Shown: positions 16,524-24,275, numbered from the stretch's first letter. The stretch: 62,658 nucleotides of DNA from an uncultured Eggerthellaceae bacterium (GCA_934630485.1 CAKTWD010000001.1:1-62658), one strand, 5' to 3'. The notes: generated by a model from the sequence alone, not told the origin. Numbers and translations are program-made.

Positions 16524-16940
16524 TTGCTCCTTCGCACGTTTTCGCTGTCTGACCTCGACGAACTGGTAGAAGTTAGTAACGCGGAGCGGAAAGCAGCTTT
16601 CGAAAGCTTTGACACGCTGATCATTTCGGCCTATCAGCAGCGTGCTTTTCTGGGATCGCCTGTCGTTGTGATCAGGCGTGAAGGCGACGCCGTGCGAGTC
16701 AGCGTGAATAGCCGGCACTTTAGTAGAGACTTTGAGACGAAAGAGATTTTCCTTGTCGAAAGCGCGGATGCGTCGAAGTTGCTGTCTGCGATCTTTGCGA
16801 CTCATGCGGACAGGTGGGTCAAGCGATTCAGGCCAAATTGTTGCGTTCTTGATGGGTATTCATGGACGATAAACGTCTACGCGGGCAATCGATATTTCGA
16901 GTGCGACGGCGAAATCGTCATGCCGAACGTTTTCGGGTAG
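16524..16940 (+). CDS. Hypothetical protein (TTG start; no in-frame ATG except near the C-terminal end)
   Basis: 138-aa ORF starting 18 nt after the previous stop. Its C-terminal pattern RW..(K)F....G.SWTINV....F...G....P..F resembles residues ~75-130 of the product of 46900-47646. Confidence 0.3.
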   Translation: MLLRTFSLSDLDELVEVSNAERKAAFESFDTLIISAYQQRAFLGSPVVVIRREGDAVRVSVNSRHFSRDFETKEIFLVESADASKLLSAIFATHADRWVKRFRPNCCVLDGYSWTINVYAGNRYFECDGEIVMPNVFG

Positions 16941-17144
16941 TTTGCGAAGAAGGGGCGCTGCAGATTGCGGTGCCCTTCCGTGCATTTGATGCTCGTGCGG
17001 ATGAGTGCTTGACGACGCAGCTGTCCTTTTGCTCGACATCGGTTGTTGGGGCTTCAAAAGGAGTGCTAACGACGCCTTCTTATCATTAGCGCCCCTGAAA
17101 AATTCTAACGACACTTTAGGGGCGAAAAAAGTTATTAGGGCGCT

Positions 17145-17205
17145 GTTAAGTCACTGGTTGGGGGTTTCGCGGCTTCCGCCCGAAATCCCCAACCAGTGAC
17201 TTAAC
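17145..17205. repeat. 61-nt near-perfect self-complementary element
   Basis: GTTAAGTCACTGGTTGGGG...CCCCAACCAGTGACTTAAC (19-bp arms). The interior pairs further (GTTTCGCGG-ctt-CCGCCCGAAAT). An A7 run lies on the 3' side of the plus strand. Confidence 0.8.
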
Positions 17206-17230
17206 AAAAAAAGAGCCAAGGAAACTCTCA

Positions 17231-17278
17231 TTGACAAGGCAACTAGGTCGACCTACTATGCTATGTAGGTCGACCTAG
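17231..17278 (+). promoter_or_regulatory. relB-yafQ promoter (TTGACA-17-TACTAT) with nested palindromic operators
   Basis: TTGACA at 17231-17236 and TACTAT at 17254-17259. CTAGGTCGACCTAC (17243-17256) and its exact reverse complement GTAGGTCGACCTAG (17265-17278) overlap and follow the -10 box. Confidence 0.6.
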
Positions 17279-17295
17279 TATCTTAAGGAGGAAAA

Positions 17296-17547
17296 ATGGC
17301 TGCTGATACCGTTGCGGTGAACTTCTCGATGAGCCGCGAATTGTATAACGAATACAAACAACTCGTGTTGGACGGCGGAGAGAACGTGAAGGGAAATCTC
17401 GTTCGCTACATGGAGAGCGTCGTGCATTACAAAATGACGAACCCCTCGACAATCGCCGCTATCGAGGAAGTAGAGCGTTTGAAGAAAGACCCGAACAGGA
17501 AAACGTACGGAAGCTTCGCGGAAGCCATGGAGGATTTAGGCGAATGA
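17296..17547 (+). CDS. RelB/DinJ family antitoxin
   Basis: 83 aa. N-terminal ribbon-helix-helix-like VAVNFSMSRELYNEYKQLV. RBS AAGGAGG. The stop overlaps the toxin start (ATGA). Confidence 0.85.
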   Translation: MAADTVAVNFSMSRELYNEYKQLVLDGGENVKGNLVRYMESVVHYKMTNPSTIAAIEEVERLKKDPNRKTYGSFAEAMEDLGE

Positions 17548-17822
17548 GCGAATACAGGATCGTCCTCACCTCCCATTTTAAGAAGGACATCAAGGTGGCG
17601 AAACGCCGTGGCTACGATATGAGGCTCATAGAAAAAGTCGTCGACACGCTTGCCGCCGGCGAAGAACTAGAGGCGAAGTACAGAGACCACAAGCTTGCCG
17701 GCAATTACGCCGAATGCAGGGAATGCCACATCACCCCCGACTGGCTTCTGATTTACGAGCACTGCGAAGATGAATTGATTCTTTATTTGACGAGAACCGG
17801 CACGCACAGCGACGTATTCTGA
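17544..17822 (+). CDS. YafQ/RelE family type II toxin (mRNA interferase)
   Basis: 92 aa. Motifs HFKKDIKVAKRRGYDM, YRDHKLAGNYAECRECHITPDWLLIY, LYLTRTGTHSDVF. Confidence 0.88.
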   Translation: MSEYRIVLTSHFKKDIKVAKRRGYDMRLIEKVVDTLAAGEELEAKYRDHKLAGNYAECRECHITPDWLLIYEHCEDELILYLTRTGTHSDVF

Positions 17823-17852
17823 AGAAGAACCCGCATAATGCGGGTTCTTCTT
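17822..17852 (+). terminator. Intrinsic terminator after yafQ
   Basis: Hairpin AAGAAGAACCCGC-ataat-GCGGGTTCTTCTT immediately after the stop codon. Confidence 0.6.
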
Positions 17853-18031
17853 GGGTATGCAAAGTATCGGAAGTATCGGAAGTGTCGCGAAACAGAAAGC
17901 GGGACGCAACCACCAATTCAGCAAATCGACGGGCTGCGTATTCCAATCACTTGTTTAACAAATCCAACCAGTAATTTCACATACCTGTTATTAGAAGGCA
18001 GGGGGGGGTTCGCCCGACGCCTCTCAATCCC

Positions 18032-19753
18032 CTATCGTCCTCCGCGGGCGATATGGCACGGGTACCACTTCTGGAACCATGCGGTGAAGACGCCCATCAG
18101 CGCGGGAAGTACCGAGTTGATGGCGCCAACCAAGCTGGCCGCATCCGTCTGCATGATGAAGTACGTCCAAATGGGCGCGACCAGATAAAGCACGCCCCAC
18201 GCCACGGTCAGGATGCGGTTCGTCTTCATGAAGATGGGGTTGCGCAGCGCTTCGTCCCCGTTGTAGCTGTTCTTGGAGTAATGCGCGGTCAGCGGAACCT
18301 TTAGGAAACAGGAGACGCTCCACATCAGCCCGAACAGGGCATACGACGCCGGAATCATTAGCACGGGGGAGGCCCCTGCCAGCAACGCGATGGAGCAGGC
18401 GCCAACAGCAAGCGCCGAAATCTTGTCGTACGCGGTTGCTTTGGTCCGATGCATCAGGACAGGCGGCAGCACGCACGCCGCCACGCTGATCAGGCTGCCC
18501 CAGAAGCTGTTGATTGATGCGGCTATCCAGAAGACGATCCAGGGAATCAAAAGCAGTAGCATATTGGTTTTCGGCTCGCCCGCGTTTTTGCCCGCGCTAA
18601 CTCCGCGGTTATGACCGTCGATGCCGCCCGCATCCGAGCCCATGTCGGCGTTCGCGGCTCCGAAATATTCGTCCCAGTGCATCATCAGGTCGAAGTCGCC
18701 TTCAACCGAGTACAGGTGCTGCATAAGCGCCTCGTCGCCGCGGATCTTGCCAGCGGCAATGGACTGCCAAACATCAAATGGCGTGTTGATCCGTGTGGTG
18801 TAATCCGTGGCGAAGCCCTCGGCGGGCGCTTCTTCAATGCGGCTTCCGTTCGCCCCAAGGACAACGCGGTAGGTCTTGTCGATGTCGGTGTAGTGCATGT
18901 CCAGCGCAAGGTCGTGCCCCGGCCAAGCCTGTTTGCGGTACAGGGCGGCCATCTGGCGGGTGAACACCAGGCTGGGGTCCTCTTTTTCGCCTGACTCGTT
19001 AACGCCCCAGCTGGCGTCGGCCATCGCTTCGAAGACGTCGCGCGGGAACAGGTTCTGGTCAAGCTTGCTGCGGGTTTCGCGTGAGATACCGTCAGCTGCG
19101 CGGCCGTTAGTTGTGGAGCCTGTGCTGACTACGTAACTGGTCGCGAACTCCTCGCCGGCTTTCTTCACCCAAGAGAGGTACTCGTCGGTGCGCGCGGCCA
19201 GCTCTTTCACGCGGAAAAGCTCACCTTGCCCGCAAAAGATCGTGGTGTAGCCGCCTTTGCCGCAAAGGCGGTCGAACAGGTCGGTCACGCCGCTGTAATT
19301 GCCCTTGGCAGTGTAGAAACCGCAGGTCGAAACTACCACCGTGCGTTTGCCGCCCATGTCGTAGCGCGACGGGTGCCCGCCGCTTTCCGTCTCGACGCTC
19401 ATGAAGGGAAGCGACATGGGGAGCTGGCGGTCGATCAGGTTCTTCAGCGGGCCGGGCAGCCCGAAGTAGTACAAGGGGAAGCTCCAGACAATTACGTCAG
19501 CCCACAGTATCTTTTCGATAACCAACTGCATGTCGTCATGGAGACAGCATGTTCCTGGAGTTTTGCTCCAGCACGAGAAACAGCCCAGACAGGATTTGAT
19601 GTTGAGCGTGCCGACGTTTAGGGTTTCAACTACGGGTGCCTGCCCATGGGCACTCTCTTCTTGCGCGGTGATTCCCTGCATGAAAGCGCTGGTCAAGCGC
19701 CAGGTATTGCTTCGTTCGCCCTTGGGGCTGCCGTTGATTGCCAGGATGTTCAT
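18032..19753 (-). CDS. Flavodoxin-like FMN reductase + SCP2-like domain + C-terminal multi-TM domain fusion protein
   Basis: N-terminal MNILAINGSPKGERSNT...CLGCFSCW...VWSFPLYYFGLPGPLKNLIDR. Middle YRVVLGANGSRIEE...PFDVWQSIAAGKIRGDEALMQHLYSVEGDFDLMMHW (SCP2-like). The C-terminal ~190 aa holds about 5 hydrophobic helices. ATG 19753 is preferred over 19780. Confidence 0.8.
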   Translation of the reverse strand: MNILAINGSPKGERSNTWRLTSAFMQGITAQEESAHGQAPVVETLNVGTLNIKSCLGCFSCWSKTPGTCCLHDDMQLVIEKILWADVIVWSFPLYYFGLPGPLKNLIDRQLPMSLPFMSVETESGGHPSRYDMGGKRTVVVSTCGFYTAKGNYSGVTDLFDRLCGKGGYTTIFCGQGELFRVKELAARTDEYLSWVKKAGEEFATSYVVSTGSTTNGRAADGISRETRSKLDQNLFPRDVFEAMADASWGVNESGEKEDPSLVFTRQMAALYRKQAWPGHDLALDMHYTDIDKTYRVVLGANGSRIEEAPAEGFATDYTTRINTPFDVWQSIAAGKIRGDEALMQHLYSVEGDFDLMMHWDEYFGAANADMGSDAGGIDGHNRGVSAGKNAGEPKTNMLLLLIPWIVFWIAASINSFWGSLISVAACVLPPVLMHRTKATAYDKISALAVGACSIALLAGASPVLMIPASYALFGLMWSVSCFLKVPLTAHYSKNSYNGDEALRNPIFMKTNRILTVAWGVLYLVAPIWTYFIMQTDAASLVGAINSVLPALMGVFTAWFQKWYPCHIARGGR

Positions 19754-19918
19754 TGGGCGCTCCTTAGTTTGGTGGCGCATTGCTCGGCTCAGTCGCTTTG
19801 TTGGGTGCGCGATGCCTCACTTACGAGCTGAATGATATATCACTGGCGGAATAGAGGAAGAGCAAGGGGAGTCAATGTTTGGTAAAGGTTGGGATGGTGG
19901 AAGAAAATGGCGAAGACG

Positions 19919-20123
19919 CTAGAGGACGCTGGAGCCGTTCGTCGTTTCGCTTTCGCGGCATGCGTCGATGTAGTCGTCGACCGCGTTGCGGAACGCCTTC
20001 TCGATTCCATCCGCAGTATCCGACTCGTATTCGCGCAGTCCATTGATGTCGTCCACTAGGCCGTAGAAAACGCCCCGCTCGTCATCGTGCTTCGGGGCGA
20101 GTGATCCCTGCGGGGTTTGCCGC
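19919..20123 (-). pseudogene. HicB-family (COG4226-type) antitoxin fragment, lacking both a start codon and the C-terminal DNA-binding domain
   Basis: The minus-strand frame reads ...GSLAPKHDDERGVFYGLVDDINGLREYESDTADGIEKAFRNAVDDYIDACRESE...*. This matches the HicB N-domain pattern F.G.V..I.....G.....L..AF...VDDY...C. Two in-frame TAG codons lie immediately upstream and there is no ATG. Confidence 0.55.
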
Positions 20124-20545
20124 TACTAAGCGTATAATGATGCTCGGTAAGGCGACTTCTCGGCAACCGTTGAAGAAGTGATCGTAAAGAAGCCACTCGA
20201 TTGCGCCTGGGAGGAGCGGGTTCAACAGCTTAAGGTTCTCCTGAACGCCCGGGTCTGAGCTCTTTCGCTACGACGTAGTCGCTCTGGTGGTAGGTAGCTT
20301 GATTCCGATCAAGACCTTCCAATAATCTATGGGTGGTATCTCGAAAAATGCTTATGGGAGCGCACCTGCTAAACTCATTGTGGCGTTTGCCTGAATAGGG
20401 CGCGTTTCGCAGGATGCGCACCCATCGCCCTATCACCCAACAGACTCAGCAGCTTTGCGGCTTTTCTTAAGGAGCGAAGCTGCTGGCGCTTTGGCGGCAC
20501 TATGATTTGCAGCAGAAATCACGAGTGATCGATCGGGGCATCTGC

Positions 20546-20974
20546 ATGCAAAACGAGGTGCGCGTTTCGGCTGGCGGGAAAGCTGCCGCCAAGAAAAAGA
20601 CCGGCGGGTTCCTTCGCCAAGCCATGACATACTACGGCGTTTCCGCCGCGCAAACCTTCGTCGAGTTCGGCGTGTTCGCCGTCATGCAGCTTCTTGGGCT
20701 GGCAACGGGCACGGCCAACGGCATTGCCGTGGCATGCTCGGGATCGTTCAACTTCTTAATGAACCGCAACATCACTTTCAAGGCCTCAAGCAACTTCTGG
20801 CGCAGCGTCGTTCTGTTCATTCTTCTGTATCTATGGAACTTCCTGTTCGGCACGTGGTTCATTTCCGCAACGGCATCTGCCTTCGGCCTGCCGCAGACGG
20901 TGGGCAAGTTCATCACCATGGCAATGCAGGGCGTCTGGGGTTTCTGCCTGTGCAAATGGGTTATCTTCAAATAG
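20546..20974 (+). CDS. GtrA family membrane protein
   Basis: Motifs YYGVSAAQTFVEFGVFAVM and NFLMNRNITFKAS, with 4 TM helices. The start is uncertain (20507, 20546 or 20624). Confidence 0.8.
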   Translation: MQNEVRVSAGGKAAAKKKTGGFLRQAMTYYGVSAAQTFVEFGVFAVMQLLGLATGTANGIAVACSGSFNFLMNRNITFKASSNFWRSVVLFILLYLWNFLFGTWFISATASAFGLPQTVGKFITMAMQGVWGFCLCKWVIFK

Positions 20975-21031
20975 GTTGAAAGACTCGACTTTAATTTGCG
21001 CGGCCGCGCTTGGAGCATTACGGGGGCAGCG

Positions 21032-22753
21032 ATGCATGATCTGAATAAAGTTCTGTTTTACAAAACGTCGTTCGACGTCCAGCTGGTTGCGGGCGACGAT
21101 TTGCTGTGGCCGATCATCTTCGAGATCAAAAACTGGATGACATCCAAATGGAACGGCCCCGCGTGCTACGGCGACGCCTCCTGTGACGGCCCGCAGTACG
21201 ACGGCGCTCCTAGTGATGCCACGCCCGTGCTTGCCACCGACAACCAGGAATGGTCGGCACTTAAGCGAAAAGGCCAGATCAGATCGACGGATGATGACGC
21301 CTCGGTGGTTATCGAATCAGCCACGTTCTACGATAGCCTTTTCGGCAACAAATGGGCCTGCGCCATCTCCGAGACTATAAAGGTTGAGGGCTGCGCCTTT
21401 CGCGAATGGCGTACGGAAATCGGCTTTATCTGGCGCGAGCAAGATCGCGGCACGTTGTCGCTGATTCTTTCCTACAGCGATCAGCCGGGTTTCCTGGGCC
21501 CGCTGCAACCCACTCCTTCCGAAACCATCCCAGGCATTGTTCTTAGGCTGTCGGACAACAATCGCATCCGCTGCTCGGTTTCGGGCAGGAGCAATTTCAT
21601 GGAGCCCACCCGCCTTGAGGTTGGCGACTTCGTGGGTTTCTGGTCGTTCGTCTCCGACAAGAACCGCAACACGCCCGTCGTGTTCGTTAGCCCTGCAGTC
21701 GACGATGGGGCGGCAACGCTTTTGATTGACCCGCAGGCCGTTTCTGCGGCTTTGGGCCCCTCGGCGGTGGTCTTTTTCAGCGAAAGCCCCGCCTTCATGG
21801 ACGAGATGAATGCCTGCCTTCCAAGAGCTGAGCTGCGCTGCACGAACGGCGCGGTTCGCGTGTACGAGCCCAAGAAGAGTCTTGCCGAGCACTGGAAACA
21901 TCGCTTTTTCTCGCCCGCTGCAATTGAAGAGCTGGGCGGCGCCGAGGCTTTGATCCTGCTACTAAGACGGGCGCTGGCTCAGGATGTTCACTTCTACGAA
22001 GACACGGTACGGCTTGATGACGTGCACGATCTTGTTCGCCGCAGCACGTTCGAGAAGCGGCTGCATCAACGTGTCGATGATGCTCAGGACGAAACGGATC
22101 AGGTTCGACTGGAGCTTGACGAGTTCCTTGACGATCACGAGCGAACGCTTAACGAGAGGGATCGCTTGGACGAGGAGAACAAGAAGCTGCGTCAGCAACT
22201 GGATGCGGCGGAGTCGAAAGCGTCAAGCCTTCAGCAGGCGTTTGAGGGTTCGGGCATGGTCGAGGCGCCGGTTGCGGGCTTGCCGCTGTATCCCAAGTCG
22301 CGAAAAGACATCGTGAATATGTTCTTGGAGGCGTATCCGAGCAGGTTCGACCTGACCGAGCGCGCGTGGCGTTCGCTGGACAATTGCGAGAGCAGCCCCG
22401 AGGTTTTGTGGAACGCGCTGTACTATCTGTGCACGCTTTTGCATTCGCTTTGGCACAGCGGGTCGGGCGTCGATTTGGAGCGAAGCTTTAACGATTCCGC
22501 CAGCGGGTTTGAGTACAAGCGCGGCGAAGGGCGCAACTCGCGTGCGGACAAGGCTGTGATGGCGTCTCGCTACGATGTGTACAACGGCCGCGAGATTTTC
22601 GCGGAGCCCCACATCAGCAAGGGAAATAGCCGAGGTAAATCGAAGGAGAACAGCATCAGGATTTATTTAGCCTTGGATGAGCCGTCGGGCATGATCATCC
22701 TTTCCAGCATCGGTGAGCATTTGGACAACCATTCCACGCGCAACTTTCATTAG
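21032..22753 (+). CDS. Orphan 573-aa soluble protein: unknown N-domain + coiled coil + C-terminal domain with a RelE/ParE-like strand motif
   Basis: Long ORF with host-like codon usage. ATG 21032 follows GGGGG. No Walker, TM or nuclease motif was recognised. Coiled coil RLHQRVDDAQDETDQVRLELDEFLDDHERTLNERDRLDEENKKLRQQLDAAESKASSLQQ. C-terminus ...ENSIRIYLALDEPSGMIILSSIGEHLDNH. Confidence 0.75.
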   Translation: MHDLNKVLFYKTSFDVQLVAGDDLLWPIIFEIKNWMTSKWNGPACYGDASCDGPQYDGAPSDATPVLATDNQEWSALKRKGQIRSTDDDASVVIESATFYDSLFGNKWACAISETIKVEGCAFREWRTEIGFIWREQDRGTLSLILSYSDQPGFLGPLQPTPSETIPGIVLRLSDNNRIRCSVSGRSNFMEPTRLEVGDFVGFWSFVSDKNRNTPVVFVSPAVDDGAATLLIDPQAVSAALGPSAVVFFSESPAFMDEMNACLPRAELRCTNGAVRVYEPKKSLAEHWKHRFFSPAAIEELGGAEALILLLRRALAQDVHFYEDTVRLDDVHDLVRRSTFEKRLHQRVDDAQDETDQVRLELDEFLDDHERTLNERDRLDEENKKLRQQLDAAESKASSLQQAFEGSGMVEAPVAGLPLYPKSRKDIVNMFLEAYPSRFDLTERAWRSLDNCESSPEVLWNALYYLCTLLHSLWHSGSGVDLERSFNDSASGFEYKRGEGRNSRADKAVMASRYDVYNGREIFAEPHISKGNSRGKSKENSIRIYLALDEPSGMIILSSIGEHLDNHSTRNFH

Positions 22754-22786
22754 AGCGCGAGCGTGGTTGGATGCGTTTGGTGCTAG

Positions 22787-23983
22787 CTAACGGTTGCGAC
22801 GCCTTGTTGCGGCAACGCCAGCTGCGGCTGCTGCGGCGGCGGTACCAAGGGCGACTGCCATCGCGCCGTTGTCGCCCGTTGCGGGCAGAGCGGTCTCGGC
22901 GGGCTTAACAACAGGCGTGACCTTAGCGGGTGCGGGGTCTGCCGCAGGTTTTTCTTCTTCAGGCTGCGGGGCGGGGTCGGGCTTGCCTTCCGGCTCGGGT
23001 TTCACTTCCGGATCTGGTTTGACTTCTGGACCCGGCTTGACTTCCGGGTCAGGTTTGACCTCAGGATCGGGCTTAACTTCGGGATCGGTCGTGTCGGTGC
23101 CGATTAGATACACGTTGCTGCCAAAGACACAGCGGAGATAGTACTCGTGTCGCGTCATGAGAATGGTCCCCTCCCCGTTGTTGAAGTTGCTGAAATCGGG
23201 GTCGGCAAATGCGCCAATGTGGGCCGTGTGGAACAAATTCAGGCTGTAGGAAATCAGGGGATCGGCGTCGCCGCCCGTAAAGACCAAGGTCGCCCTTTCG
23301 AGATTGTCGACGGAGGCCAGGCTGATCGAAACGTTTGCTTCTTTGGCGTCTTCGGTTTTGACAAGGGACTCAGTATCGGGATCGATCCTGAAGAGGTGGA
23401 CGCTTTCGTTACGCCAAAGGGTGAAGCCCTCGGGCGCGTTGGGGAAGTCGTACACGAACGCTTCGTCTTGGACTAACGTGAACGCAGGAGGCAGTTCTAG
23501 GTCGTAGAAGTGGTTGACGACGGTGGTGTTGACTCTGATCTCGCCGCCGCCTGGGGTGGTTGCGCCGCGGGCGGCGGGTGCTGCTGCCGGTGCGGATGCG
23601 GTGGCGGATTCGCTTGCGAGTGCGACGGCTGCGGCCGGTTCGGCGGCGTTGAGGGCGGCCGTGGGTGCAGCTTCGCTGGCAACTGCGGGGTCGGAAGGCG
23701 ATTCGACTTTCACCGCGCTAGGTTCGGCGGCGTTAGGCGCCGCAACTGCGGTTTTTGCTGCTTGCTTGGCTGGATCCGCGGTAGTCGCGACGGCAATATC
23801 TTTCCCTGCAGTAGGTTCGGGTGTTTCGCTTGCCAGCGCTACGCCGGGCAGAAGGAGCTGTCCCGCCACAAGGGCGCTTACCCCGAAGGTGGCGATTTTG
23901 GCGCCCGTACGACGCTTCGCGCCGCGGATGAGCGAGCGGGTCCGTTCGTTCTGGCTTTGCGGTGCAACATGCCGTCTGTGCAT
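22787..23983 (-). CDS. LPXTG-anchored cell-wall surface protein with PEVKPD repeats
   Basis: Signal peptide (KIATFGVSALVAGQLLLPGVALA) and Ala/Pro-rich spacer. Globular domain of ~190 aa. (D/G)PEVKP x5 plus EPEGKP. C-terminal LPATG + hydrophobic helix + RRRNR sorting signal. Confidence 0.85.
   Translation of the reverse strand: MHRRHVAPQSQNERTRSLIRGAKRRTGAKIATFGVSALVAGQLLLPGVALASETPEPTAGKDIAVATTADPAKQAAKTAVAAPNAAEPSAVKVESPSDPAVASEAAPTAALNAAEPAAAVALASESATASAPAAAPAARGATTPGGGEIRVNTTVVNHFYDLELPPAFTLVQDEAFVYDFPNAPEGFTLWRNESVHLFRIDPDTESLVKTEDAKEANVSISLASVDNLERATLVFTGGDADPLISYSLNLFHTAHIGAFADPDFSNFNNGEGTILMTRHEYYLRCVFGSNVYLIGTDTTDPEVKPDPEVKPDPEVKPGPEVKPDPEVKPEPEGKPDPAPQPEEEKPAADPAPAKVTPVVKPAETALPATGDNGAMAVALGTAAAAAAAGVAATRRRNR
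22979..23086 (-). repeat. Six tandem 18-nt units encoding (D/G/E)PE(V/G)KP
   Basis: Read directly from the sequence: units begin at 22979, 22997, 23015, 23033, 23051 and 23069. Confidence 0.85.
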
Positions 23984-24229
23984 AAGGCGCTCCTTGTTCG
24001 TAGGTCGGTTTCCGTGGATCTACATCGCGCCCGCCCGATTCGCCGGGTTCGCGCATGCGAACTTTCATGCGAGCCAGGAAATAGCGGAAGCTAATTTTCT
24101 CATGATCGACCCGACGCAGGCAATGGCCTGCTGTCCAATTCTTGGGGGGAGGCTGGGTTGGTTCGGGATGGGGGCTGGTAATAGCTGGCGATTGTCCCGC
24201 TGTTTGGGGCAGTTGGCTTGCTGACGATT

Positions 24230-24275
24230 TTGAGTTACCCTACAATTACCATATAATATCGAATTGTAGGGTAAC
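24230..24275 (+). promoter_or_regulatory. Promoter TTGAGT-16-TATAAT enclosed by a perfect 14-bp inverted repeat (operator)
   Basis: GTTACCCTACAATT (24234-24247) and AATTGTAGGGTAAC (24262-24275) flank TATAAT (24252-24257). This lies 20 nt upstream of the ATG at 24295. Confidence 0.55.

Noticed and set aside
17145-17205. Long hairpin as a Rho-independent terminator
   Set aside because: The homopolymer next to it is an A-run on the 3' side of the plus strand (a T-run on the 5' side of the minus strand). Neither strand therefore has stem-then-U-tract geometry.
20230-20436. 68-aa minus-strand ORF as the missing HicA toxin
   Set aside because: The position upstream of the HicB fragment is right, but the sequence lacks the HicA pattern (GSH...H...G..VP.H). 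No family was recognised, so it is left unannotated.
23514-24224. 236-aa and 194-aa plus-strand ORFs opposite the LPXTG gene
   Set aside because: Their products are Ala/Gly/Cys-rich and low-complexity. They mirror the Ala/Pro-rich coding of the real minus-strand surface protein.
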